Assembly: GCA_964627305.1 (NCBI GenBank) | Contig: CAZVHP010000004.1 | Span: 207,971-271,970, forward strand | Reading direction: 5' to 3' | DNA: 64,000 nt | DNA from: an uncultured Ignavibacteriales bacterium | GTDB lineage: Bacteria > Zixibacteria > MSB-5A5 > GN15 > FEB-12 | Shown here: piece by piece, positions 55,460 to 64,000 of the stretch | How positions within the stretch are numbered: position 1 is the first letter of the stretch | Layout of the letters: each line of letters begins with the position of its first letter | Made by a program: the position numbers and the translations under genes | Notes under the pieces: model-generated | The model's database searches: none | What the model saw: the letters and a program-made list of their open reading frames with translations, nothing else | Told to the model about the DNA's origin: nothing

Positions 55460-56968
55460 ATGAGAGTAACTGCATTGATGCTGATTGTTGTGGTGGGCAT
55501 AGCGGCCATGATGCCGACCGAACTGGCTTGCGAAACGCCCCCCGATACCACCACAACCACCAGCGACACCGAGCGACTGCAGCAGGCACAGCAGCAGTTG
55601 CACAAGGGTAATACGCGCACGGCCTGGCGCCACATTGACACTGTGCTGCAGAACAACCCGCTCCACCCCGAGGCGCTCTATCTGAAGGGAGAGGCATCGC
55701 TGGTGTATGGGAGTCGTTCCCTGATCGGTACTATTGATACCCTGCGCAGCCTTGGGGAGAACCAGTCAGCCGACATCCTCTGTCTGAAACTGCTGCACTT
55801 TCTCGGCGATGGCGCGTTTGCTTCCGAGCTTGAACGCTGCGAGGCCCTCTACCCCGAGTCCCCTGAGGTTCGCTATACACGATGGCTGTATGAGCTGGAG
55901 CACCGCCTGTCCGGGCCTCCCAAGGCCGATGAGCTGGCGGCGTGGTCAGAGTCGATTACTCTCGGCTTCGCACCCTATACCGCCGCCTTCTGCCAGGCCG
56001 CGAACCGCTCCTTCTCGGAAGGGCTGCAATACCTCCAGCTGCTTCACGATCATGTTGACTACCGCTGGGGTTCCTATGACAGCGTGTTCACAGCCAAGAG
56101 CCGCCTGGCCACCAACGTACACGTGAGCGGAACGATCGAGGTGGAGTATGCCGACTGCGGCTCACAGATGGGCCTCTACCTGGTCGACGCCAACGGTCGC
56201 AAACTCAAGCTGTCGCTGGATTCTGGTACAGCCGGCAAGGGATGCACCGTACACCATGATTCGGTTGGGAACATGCTCCCGGGGGATACCGTCATGTGGC
56301 TCAAGGGTGGCATCCAGTACAACTACATGGACAAGCCGGCCGATGTGGTCATCAAGGCCGTTGATTTCATGGAACCAGCCATCACGGCCTTTCCGGTGCA
56401 GTACTTTCAGGGGGGATTCAGTCTGGCCGATGGCTGCATATCGCCCTTTGCCCTGCCGGGCGTGGCGATCACCATCGACCCGGTCAACGAGCGCGTCTTC
56501 CTGCATGATGCCGATGGCCTGGCGGCCTACCGCGACACCCTGCCAAGGGAACGCAGCGCCATTCTCCCGCTGGTCGTCCGCAACGGCTGGCCGTTCATGC
56601 CGACACTCATCAACGGCCGCGAGGTACTCATGATGATCGAAAGCGGCTCACGCGACGTGAACCTGAACGAACTGGCGGCCGAGCATCTGGGAGTCAAGGC
56701 CTACGATAGTGCCCTCATCTGGCGGGGTGAACGATACCCGACGAAGATGTTCGATGCCGTGATGACAGTGGGACCGTTCGAGTACGAAATCAACGGCGGT
56801 CTCGTCACCGACTGGGTGGTCGGGAACAACAGCTACGGAGGAGCCTCGGCAGGGGATATCGGCCCGGACTTCCTGCGCCACTTCGCCTTCACCTTCGATC
56901 CCTTCCGCTATGAGCTAATCCTGGTCAAACCGGCGAAACCGGCTCTCACTGGGCGAGTCGACGGATAA
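55460..56968 (+). CDS. Secreted TPR-like + tandem retropepsin-like (aspartyl protease) protein
   Basis: GGAGG lies 5 nt before the ATG at 55460. Signal or lipoprotein-like N-terminus, then a helical repeat region. Lobe 1 has LSLDSGTAG (Asp codon 56219-56221). Lobe 2 has MMIESGSRD (Glu codon 56639-56641). Confidence 0.65.
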   Translation: MRVTALMLIVVVGIAAMMPTELACETPPDTTTTTSDTERLQQAQQQLHKGNTRTAWRHIDTVLQNNPLHPEALYLKGEASLVYGSRSLIGTIDTLRSLGENQSADILCLKLLHFLGDGAFASELERCEALYPESPEVRYTRWLYELEHRLSGPPKADELAAWSESITLGFAPYTAAFCQAANRSFSEGLQYLQLLHDHVDYRWGSYDSVFTAKSRLATNVHVSGTIEVEYADCGSQMGLYLVDANGRKLKLSLDSGTAGKGCTVHHDSVGNMLPGDTVMWLKGGIQYNYMDKPADVVIKAVDFMEPAITAFPVQYFQGGFSLADGCISPFALPGVAITIDPVNERVFLHDADGLAAYRDTLPRERSAILPLVVRNGWPFMPTLINGREVLMMIESGSRDVNLNELAAEHLGVKAYDSALIWRGERYPTKMFDAVMTVGPFEYEINGGLVTDWVVGNNSYGGASAGDIGPDFLRHFAFTFDPFRYELILVKPAKPALTGRVDG

Positions 56969-56999
56969 CAGCAGACACACAGCCCGCATGTCGCAAAGA

Positions 57000-57033
57000 A
57001 CAGCCCCGGGCAGAGTTACCTGATCGGGGCTGT
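57000..57033. terminator. Hairpin between convergent genes (possible bidirectional terminator)
   Basis: 9-bp stem ACAGCCCCG / CGGGGCTGT with a 16-nt loop. No strong U-tract. Confidence 0.45.
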
Positions 57034-57060
57034 CAGCTTCAATACGCTGTGGCGGGCGTG

Positions 57061-60000
57061 CTACTTCTCCAGATGCTGCAAACTGCTCCCGTCAAACGTG
57101 TTCGGGATGCCGCTCATAACCGGTCCCTCCGGGACAGTGAACCCGAACGTATAGCTGCCTCCAAAACGGATACCGGCCTCGCCACCGCCGATCAGGTTCA
57201 CCGACTCACCATACACGGTGATATACACACAGACCGTCCCAATGTCGTTGCCCGGAGGCACGGATCCGTCGTCAAGACACGTAATCGTCACGCTGTGTCC
57301 CCCCGGCGACAACTCGACATTAAAGGTATTCGCCGCACCCTTTGGGGTAACACCAATATCGGCGCCGTTCAAAGCAACAAGGAAGATATCATCAGCGGCC
57401 GCCCCGCAATCGACGACCGTAATCTGGACGTTCTTGTCGCAGCAGCCGGCATCACACTCATCGATTTCCCCATCACCATCGTTGTCGATACCATCGCCGC
57501 ATATCTCCACTCCGCCGCCACCCTCGGCGCCGACTTCCACATCATCGGGGTCGGCATCACCCTGGGCAATGACACCGCTTTCAACCTGCGACTCATCTTC
57601 ATCGCAGTGCCACGAGCCGTAATCGGCCTGCATCTCGGCATAACGCCCCTGCAGCATGCCTTCCTGCTGCACAACACGTGCGAATTCTCCCTCAACACTC
57701 ATGAACTGCCGGGCGGTCGGATCAGAACCCTGGGCCGCCACGACCTGAGCGTACAGATCAGGCAGCGCCCACAAACCAATCTCGTACATGTCAAGCTGTG
57801 TCGAGGCGGCGCTCAGGGCATAGGCCACATCAGGCTGGTTGCATGACAGCTCCCTCAACTCGCGCAGACGCTGGTTGAAGTAGTCCGCGTATGTGGCAAA
57901 CTCACGCGCGATGCCATCAAGATTGGCAACGGCCATGTTGAACTCAGCCATAACGCCGGCAAGGTCGGCGTCGCTGTCGGCCAGATCGTCTTCAAGCTCG
58001 CTGATCAAATCATCAATCTCGTCCTCAGGGACAGTCTCGACAGCCACCTGGATCGTCACCCCACCCACCTGATGCGAACCGGCTGTTACACTCGCCGTAC
58101 CGGACCGGCTGGAGCCATCATAGACGGTCACCGATGCCGTGACAGTGACCGCCTGCCCCAACTCAACCTCAACCGGCGGCAAAGTAAAACCGCCGGACGC
58201 ATCGGTCACCGTACTGGCGCCATCAGCAGCCACAGCGGCCCCGCCGATCGGCTTACCATCGGCACCGATGACGCGCCCGGAAATCGTGACCTGTGACAAC
58301 TGGGCCAGCGGCAGCGTGATGATCACACCACCAATCGAGGTCTGCGTACCATCAAACAACACCGGCACCGGACCGCCGGAGAAACTGTTGGTGCCGTCGG
58401 TGGAAGATGCACTGACATTGACTGTCTGCCCGGATGCAAGAGCAACCGGCGGCAGGGCGAAGGTGCCCCCGCCGGCGGTGGTCGTGGACACACCCTGGTC
58501 GGTTGTGACCTGTGCTCCTTCGACACCGATGCCGTTGGCGTCATAAACATGACCGCTGATGGTCACCTCTTTGCCCTCTTCGACCGGAATGACCAGAACT
58601 ACAGCCGCCGTCGGCTGGCCGGCATAGGTAACGGTCACCGGATCGGAGGCGACGACGTTCCCATCGGGCAGCGTCAGCGTCGCGCTTACGGTTACGGTGA
58701 AGGGTGACTCCTCGGAATGGTCTTTCACCGACAGCGGACCCAGCGAGGCGATACCGTTGGCACCGGTAGTAACCGAATTGGTGCCATCGGTGACCACAGC
58801 ACCCTGAAGGTTCCCCTGATGGGCATCAACCACCGTGGCGGCGATAGTCAGTTCGTGCGTCTCCGTCTCCTCGGCAAGATCAAGCAGGATATCAACCCCC
58901 GACTTCGCCGATCCGATGACCACAGCCGTAGCGCTGCCACTTGTCTGATCAACCGATGCCGTCACGGTTACTGTGGTATTCTCCTTGGCCTGAACAGACA
59001 GCGTATAGCCGCCATCGGCGCCGGACACACCCGACGCCCCCTGAGCGCCTTCGGTGGTTTCGGCGATCACCGCTGCTCCCGCCACCGGTTCCACCGGTGT
59101 CTTGCTCTTGTTGTAGACAGCCCCCGAAATGGTAAACAGCCCGCTCGTCGAGCTGAGCGTGAAGTTCATGCCCAGCACCACCTTGGTGGGCATTGCGCCG
59201 TCGGTGCGATAGGTCTGATAGTCATCGGCCGAGACCTCGATGAGCACACGCGCACCCGGCTGTCCCTCCATGAGCAACTGGTACTGCCCGCTGCTGTTGG
59301 TAGTGGTGCTGAACGGGCGACCAGCAAGCGTAATCGAAACCTGCGCCCCCTGTACTGCCTGCCGTTGACCATCCTTGTCGCCGTAAACAGTACCCTCGGC
59401 ATAGACGTATCTCTCGTACTGCTCGATGATCCCCTCAATGGTCGTATGGTGGCTCTCGTCGATGATATAGTTGGCGACGAATGTCTCCTCATCGAGCTTG
59501 CCATAGAAGGCGACCTCACCCTCCAGCGCCAGCGCCTCGACAATCAACCACCCGTTGTCAGATCGTGTATGCAAGCCGTTGATCAACGAGTAGTAACGTC
59601 GTGCCCGCTGCTCCACTTCGGCACTGAGCGAGCGAGCGCGGTTGGCCAGCCAGTCCGGATCCAGCGCTCGGGGTTGCAGCAACAGGCTGTGCCACAGGTA
59701 GACCTTGTCGGTATTGCCGATCGGAGCGAAATAACCCCGGCATCCGACAGCCGAAAACAGAAAGTAATTCTCCTGTCCCTCATAGGCCAACCCTCGCAGG
59801 CGCGGGAACTTCGCCGTCGGGAAGTAAGTCAAACAGTCCTCGCCGCTGTAACCGCTGCTGGAGGCCGCCTGTTCGAAAGCCCCCATCGCATCCGTATTCG
59901 TGCCGAAATGGGTGCACAGCGACCCCTGGCGGAACTCCTGCATCTTCTTGGTGAGACGATCCAATGCTCCGACAAAAGCCTCCGTTGCCTGAGCGTAGGC

Positions 60001-60588
60001 GTTCAACCACGGGCCCAGAATCTGCCCGACCAGGGGCACCGTCTCCATCTTCTTGGCGCCGTCAGTAAGGATATTCCCAATGAGCTTCAGACCGTAGGTG
60101 GGATTGTCCTTGGCATGCGCCGGGTCGAACTTCTTGGCAAACTGGTAGGCGTTCTCCATTTCCCCGGCGATCTTATCAGCAGCCTTGAGTTTCTCTGTCA
60201 CCCCGGTGAGTTTGGTCTTGATCCCGCCAGCATCGAGTTGGTTGAACTGATCACGGACCTTCCGCAGCATGTCTTTGGCCTGCTGCTCGGTAGCGTCCTC
60301 AAGATCGAAGACTCGTTTGACCAGGCGAATCGACTTCTCCATGTCCTGACTGAAGACGATATCCTCGTACTCCTGATACTTCTTGACAAAACCTTCGAAT
60401 TCCGAAGCGCCTTCCTGCATGGTCTTGCGGAAAGCCTCCCACTGCTCCTCGGTCTGCTTGAGCGCCTCCTGATACTCCTTGTCCTCGAAACAATCGGCCC
60501 GTGATGAGGCGGACATGATCAGTAGTGAGGCCAGGGTCAGCATGCTGACCACAAGCAGCAACTGTGACCATCGCTTGGTATCTGACAT
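57061..60588 (-). CDS. Giant secreted / surface protein: helical modules flanking tandem Ig-like (CarboxypepD_reg-like) repeats, with a Cys-rich C-terminus
   Basis: GGAG lies 8 nt before the ATG at 60588 (the alternative ATG at 60627 lies inside the upstream gene). Signal/anchor WSQLLLVVSMLTLASLLIMSASS. Recurrent repeat units ISG.V...G.P..GA.V....G...TD..G.F.L. CGDGIDNDGDGEIDECDAGCC near the C-terminus. Confidence 0.8.
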   Translation of the reverse strand: MSDTKRWSQLLLVVSMLTLASLLIMSASSRADCFEDKEYQEALKQTEEQWEAFRKTMQEGASEFEGFVKKYQEYEDIVFSQDMEKSIRLVKRVFDLEDATEQQAKDMLRKVRDQFNQLDAGGIKTKLTGVTEKLKAADKIAGEMENAYQFAKKFDPAHAKDNPTYGLKLIGNILTDGAKKMETVPLVGQILGPWLNAYAQATEAFVGALDRLTKKMQEFRQGSLCTHFGTNTDAMGAFEQAASSSGYSGEDCLTYFPTAKFPRLRGLAYEGQENYFLFSAVGCRGYFAPIGNTDKVYLWHSLLLQPRALDPDWLANRARSLSAEVEQRARRYYSLINGLHTRSDNGWLIVEALALEGEVAFYGKLDEETFVANYIIDESHHTTIEGIIEQYERYVYAEGTVYGDKDGQRQAVQGAQVSITLAGRPFSTTTNSSGQYQLLMEGQPGARVLIEVSADDYQTYRTDGAMPTKVVLGMNFTLSSTSGLFTISGAVYNKSKTPVEPVAGAAVIAETTEGAQGASGVSGADGGYTLSVQAKENTTVTVTASVDQTSGSATAVVIGSAKSGVDILLDLAEETETHELTIAATVVDAHQGNLQGAVVTDGTNSVTTGANGIASLGPLSVKDHSEESPFTVTVSATLTLPDGNVVASDPVTVTYAGQPTAAVVLVIPVEEGKEVTISGHVYDANGIGVEGAQVTTDQGVSTTTAGGGTFALPPVALASGQTVNVSASSTDGTNSFSGGPVPVLFDGTQTSIGGVIITLPLAQLSQVTISGRVIGADGKPIGGAAVAADGASTVTDASGGFTLPPVEVELGQAVTVTASVTVYDGSSRSGTASVTAGSHQVGGVTIQVAVETVPEDEIDDLISELEDDLADSDADLAGVMAEFNMAVANLDGIAREFATYADYFNQRLRELRELSCNQPDVAYALSAASTQLDMYEIGLWALPDLYAQVVAAQGSDPTARQFMSVEGEFARVVQQEGMLQGRYAEMQADYGSWHCDEDESQVESGVIAQGDADPDDVEVGAEGGGGVEICGDGIDNDGDGEIDECDAGCCDKNVQITVVDCGAAADDIFLVALNGADIGVTPKGAANTFNVELSPGGHSVTITCLDDGSVPPGNDIGTVCVYITVYGESVNLIGGGEAGIRFGGSYTFGFTVPEGPVMSGIPNTFDGSSLQHLEK

Positions 60589-60613
60589 CGGTTTATCTCC
60601 GCTGAGTTGGTTG

Positions 60614-62587
60614 CTACTGTTGAACATTGAACAGGTACCGAACCTGAAGCCTCACCCCCGTCTTGTCCAGGTCGGAGAAGGAGTCGATATCGGCTCTGGT
60701 CCGATGGTAATCGGCGACGAAGTCCGTCATAACGCGGTTGCTCACCGGGTAGGTAGCCTGAAGGAAGAAGTTCAACACGCCGGTTGATCGTCCCGGGTCG
60801 GCGTTATACAACACTGTGTGGACGTAACTGATCTCCCCCCGCAGCCGCATACCGGCCGGGCTTGCCCCGGCGAGCGCAAGCTTGCCGCCAAATCGCAACG
60901 TGTTCTGCGGATTCCGCAGGACATAGTCAATATCGTTGATCTCGCCAAAGGCATCATCACGCTCGGGGTCAATAAACATGCGAGCCGCAAGAATCGGTCC
61001 GAGCGAAAACTCCCGCAATGTCCCGCTGCCGGCCCTGCTCCATCCGAAGCTCCAGTAGAAATCAACGGTGTGCGGGGGATGCACGTTGGCGAACCGCAGG
61101 GGATCATCCTTGTCTGAAGCCTCTGTGTAGTAACGTCCCGCAATCGTGAACTGGCTGTAGCGACCGCTGCCGTTAGGACGGGTGTGACGCTGCCAGCGAA
61201 GTTGCACGAAATCGTAATTGCCGCTGTCGGGGTACAGCCGGTAGACAATACTGAAAGTCTTCATACGATACCCCCGGAGCGCCGACTGCGAATGACTGAC
61301 GAACTTCAGGTCATAGAAATCGCTGTTGTCCATGTTCGGGTAGGAGTAGCGGGCAATCTCCGGTCCCCAGTACGTCCTCACCCCGGCGCCACGGTTCTGA
61401 CGATACAGATGCGCCTTCATGCGCCTGGTCTCCTGCGGCGACTTCTCCACCTCCGGATAAGAGAGAGATTGATAGCTGCCACCAAGCTCGATGCCGTTCG
61501 GCGATGTCTCCCAGGTGAACTGGGGATGGAAATCGGTAACATCGAGCGCATCGATCTTGTCATAGTCCTTCTTCTGGTAGTTCAGTCGGAATTTCAGATT
61601 GCCAAGGCCGCGCAACATGGTACCGTCGACCGTCATCCCTGTCGTCTTGAAATCGGCGATATCGAACTCATCGTAGCTTCGCGAAGTCCTGTGAATTCGC
61701 CCGTTAAGACGCCAAATATCGGTTTGGTAGCGGGCGTTGGCAAAGAGCTGGAAGTCAGCAAAATCCAGCGTATCGGCATCGCTCTCGCTGTAACCGCTGC
61801 GTCTGAACCCGAAAGTGCCCGTAAAGGCGGTGTTCGGCTTGAAATCGACCGAGGACCCAAAACCGGTCAGTGTGATTTCACGGCGCTCGACGGTGGACTG
61901 CCGGTTCAGATTCGCCGTGATACCCACCTTGGGACTGGGGTTGGCGCGCGCGGTGACATCAAACCCAAACTCCGTCTGCGAGGCATCAATCACGGGATTG
62001 GCATTGGGCCGCTTGTGCTTGGCTTGTCCGAGCGTGCCGGTCAATTCACCTCGCAACTGAAGTGCATTCAGTGGCTTCTGCTCAGTGCCAGGCGCTGTGG
62101 CCACCGGACGGCCGTAGCGGGCAACAGCCTCGCTGTGCCCCTTCTCCACGACCCGCCGGTACTTGTCGAGATCTTCAAGGATTCGAGACGCCCGCCTTCT
62201 GGCCGGGTCGATCCACTCGCCTTCGGATTGCTCCAGGTCGCGTTTCAGCTCGGCTGCCGAACGGCTAAGTTGCAGGTGGTGGCGGTCAAATGACTCCCGA
62301 AGCAGCTCGATCGCCCCAAGCTGATCATACACCGAAACCGGCAACGAAGAGGCGGGCGGTGGTGCCCCTCCGTACTGGTTCTCAAGGCCCTTGATCTGGC
62401 GCAGCAATGAAAGAGTCAGACTTCGCAAACGCTCCATCGACTGGTCGATTTGCTCAAGTCGATCCGACGCCTTCTGTTCGTCGATAGGACCGGCGTGAAC
62501 ACATACCCCCATAGCCAAAAACACCATCGTTAGAACGACGGTGCAGTACCGAGGGCATCTTCTGGCAAATTGAATGGATGACATCAT
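60614..62587 (-). CDS. Putative outer-membrane protein: signal peptide + coiled-coil stalk + large beta-barrel
   Basis: ATG at 62587 or 62584 gives MMSSIQFARRCPRYCTVVLTMVFLAMGVCVHA. About 170 aa of heptad-like helices, then about 480 aa of amphipathic strands (FGFDVTARAN, TGTFGFRRSGY, LKFRLNYQKKDY, GVRLQVRYLF). Family unknown. Confidence 0.7.
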   Translation of the reverse strand: MMSSIQFARRCPRYCTVVLTMVFLAMGVCVHAGPIDEQKASDRLEQIDQSMERLRSLTLSLLRQIKGLENQYGGAPPPASSLPVSVYDQLGAIELLRESFDRHHLQLSRSAAELKRDLEQSEGEWIDPARRRASRILEDLDKYRRVVEKGHSEAVARYGRPVATAPGTEQKPLNALQLRGELTGTLGQAKHKRPNANPVIDASQTEFGFDVTARANPSPKVGITANLNRQSTVERREITLTGFGSSVDFKPNTAFTGTFGFRRSGYSESDADTLDFADFQLFANARYQTDIWRLNGRIHRTSRSYDEFDIADFKTTGMTVDGTMLRGLGNLKFRLNYQKKDYDKIDALDVTDFHPQFTWETSPNGIELGGSYQSLSYPEVEKSPQETRRMKAHLYRQNRGAGVRTYWGPEIARYSYPNMDNSDFYDLKFVSHSQSALRGYRMKTFSIVYRLYPDSGNYDFVQLRWQRHTRPNGSGRYSQFTIAGRYYTEASDKDDPLRFANVHPPHTVDFYWSFGWSRAGSGTLREFSLGPILAARMFIDPERDDAFGEINDIDYVLRNPQNTLRFGGKLALAGASPAGMRLRGEISYVHTVLYNADPGRSTGVLNFFLQATYPVSNRVMTDFVADYHRTRADIDSFSDLDKTGVRLQVRYLFNVQQ

Positions 62588-62937
62588 GGCAAGTATACAC
62601 CTTCTGCAATGCGGTCGGAGAGTGCTGGTTGCCTTACGTACCCTGCGTACGTGCTTTGTGAGCAAGATGAAACATTTTACAGTATTTATCAAGCGGAATG
62701 TTGTCCCGAGATGGCAGGGATTTGCCGCGTGCCTGCGAGTAGAATGTCCCCCGCCCACGCAAACAAGGCGTCGACACCGCCGGAAGCCCTCACGGCCTCA
62801 GATCACCAATGGTCAAGGGGGTTGGTCAAAAGGACTGATCACACGCGCCTCACAACCGCTCTGCCGGCTAACCCCGTTTTATCTTGCAATAGCCGGGTGT
62901 TCCGCCTACATTGAAAGGCTATGTGAGGAGCTTACTT

Positions 62938-64000
62938 ATGAAGTTTGACACGCTCAAAGACAACTTTGCCCTGCCCAAAGCTGAAGAACAAATCCTCAAG
63001 TTCTGGCAGGATGAAAAGGTATTCGCCAAAGCTCGTCAGATGGCTGCCCGGCGACCGTTCTTCGTCTTCTACGAAGGCCCCCCCACCGCCAACGGTCGTC
63101 CCGGCATTCACCATGTTATCTCGCGTACTATCAAGGATTTGATCTGCCGTTACAAGACCATGAAGGGGTACCGGGTCGACCGCAAAGCAGGTTGGGACAC
63201 CCACGGTCTCCCCGTGGAAATCGAAGCCGAAAAACAACTCGGCCTCGAAAGCAAACCCGACATTCTCAAGTATGGTGTGGCCCGATTCAACGAGCAATGC
63301 CGCGAGTCGGTCTTCAAATACCTCGGCGACTGGAACAGGATCACCGACCGGATCGGCTACTGGCTCGATCTGGACAACGCCTACATCACGCTCACCAACG
63401 AGTACATCGAAACCGTCTGGTGGATCCTCAAGAACTTCTTCGACCGCGGGCTGATCTACCGCGGCTACAAGACCGTACCCTTCTGCCCACGATGCGAGAC
63501 AGGACTGTCCTCGCACGAGGTCGCCCAGGGGTACGCGCTCGTTAAAGACCCCTCGATCTACGTAAAGGTCAGGGCGGCCGATGGCGATTTCTCCTACCTC
63601 GTTTGGACGACCACCCCCTGGACTCTTCCGTCCAACGCCGCGCTGTGCATGAAACCGGATGCGGTCTATGTCATGGTCGAGCACGAAGGCGAAAAGCTCG
63701 TGCTGGCCGAAGCCCTGTTGGGGCAGGTATTCGACGAGACCCCAAAGGTAGTCCAAACCTTCAAAGGTAAGGACTTCCTCAAACGCAAGTACATACCCCT
63801 GTTCGACTTCTATGCCCGCGATCATGATCAGGGTGCCTTCTTCGTCATCAATGCCGACTTCGTGACAATGGACGACGGCACCGGCATCGTACATATCGCC
63901 CCCGGATTCGGAGCCGATGACTACGAGGTCGGCCAGCAATACGGCCTGCCCGTCCTTCAGGCCATCGAGCCCAATGGCATCTTCACCGAGGTAGCCGGCA
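62938..64000 (+). CDS. ileS: Isoleucine--tRNA ligase (type 2), 3'-truncated by window edge
   Basis: Absent from the ORF track because it has no stop in the window. GAGGAG RBS, ATG at 62938. MKFDTLKDNF...FYEGPPTANGRPGIHHVISRTIKDLICRYKTMKGYRVDRKAGWDTHGLPVE (HIGH-type motif). Confidence 0.95.
   Translation, partial: MKFDTLKDNFALPKAEEQILKFWQDEKVFAKARQMAARRPFFVFYEGPPTANGRPGIHHVISRTIKDLICRYKTMKGYRVDRKAGWDTHGLPVEIEAEKQLGLESKPDILKYGVARFNEQCRESVFKYLGDWNRITDRIGYWLDLDNAYITLTNEYIETVWWILKNFFDRGLIYRGYKTVPFCPRCETGLSSHEVAQGYALVKDPSIYVKVRAADGDFSYLVWTTTPWTLPSNAALCMKPDAVYVMVEHEGEKLVLAEALLGQVFDETPKVVQTFKGKDFLKRKYIPLFDFYARDHDQGAFFVINADFVTMDDGTGIVHIAPGFGADDYEVGQQYGLPVLQAIEPNGIFTEVAG

Noticed and set aside
58717-63939. 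Antisense ORFs 58717-60504 (+, 595 aa), 61184-62293 (+, 369 aa) and 62932-63939 (-, 335 aa).
   Set aside because: They are mirror frames of the giant surface protein, the barrel protein and ileS. ileS is missing from the track only because it runs off the window, and its translation is unmistakable.
1-64000. Looked across the window for CRISPR arrays, transposases or integrases, phage modules, toxin-antitoxin pairs, reverse transcriptases, restriction-modification systems or other defence-island hallmarks.
   Set aside because: None found. No spaced identical repeats, no recombinase, nuclease or ATPase genes of those types. The only methyltransferase (48911-49657) is a small-molecule/protein-type class I enzyme with no DNA-MTase motifs.

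Overview
GC-rich chromosomal window from a diderm bacterium (lipobox lipoproteins, outer-membrane beta-barrels); I cannot assign a taxon from sequence alone. It holds about 50 protein genes and one tRNA, densely packed, with many 1-16 nt junctions or overlaps. Housekeeping anchors are the gyrA 3' end, tRNA-Lys(UUU), asnS, dnaE, recA and the ileS 5' end. Between them lie:
- a complete classical menaquinone locus (menG/ubiE-menF-D-H-B-A-C-E plus a convergent 4HBT thioesterase)
- a DUF1015-serA-serC operon
- trkA-trkH
- an arsC-arsR-acr3 operon
- iron-storage genes (ferritin, BFD-like ferredoxin)
- several peptidases (PepF/M3B, prolyl oligopeptidase S9A, M32 carboxypeptidase, a retropepsin-like protein)
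- many envelope and secreted proteins

I found no rRNA, CRISPR array, transposase, integrase, phage gene or recognisable defence gene. By content this is mostly an ordinary core region. The less ordinary items are:
1. a coupled gene pair for a coiled-coil-stalk plus beta-barrel protein and a ~1175-aa multi-Ig surface protein with a Cys-rich C-terminus
2. a DUF2089 / SHOCT-like / methyltransferase / desulforedoxin-like small-protein cluster
3. DUF1015 embedded in the serine operon
4. a DprE1/DprE2-like pair
5. a histone-H1-like tail fused to a SWIB domain
6. a lipoprotein built of about 19 DT[VI] hexapeptide repeats
7. orphan terminator hairpins in two divergent intergenic gaps, suggesting unannotated small transcripts

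Many long ORFs in the supplied track are antisense shadow ORFs typical of GC-rich DNA and were rejected. All family calls rest on motifs read by eye and recalled family knowledge; no database search was run.
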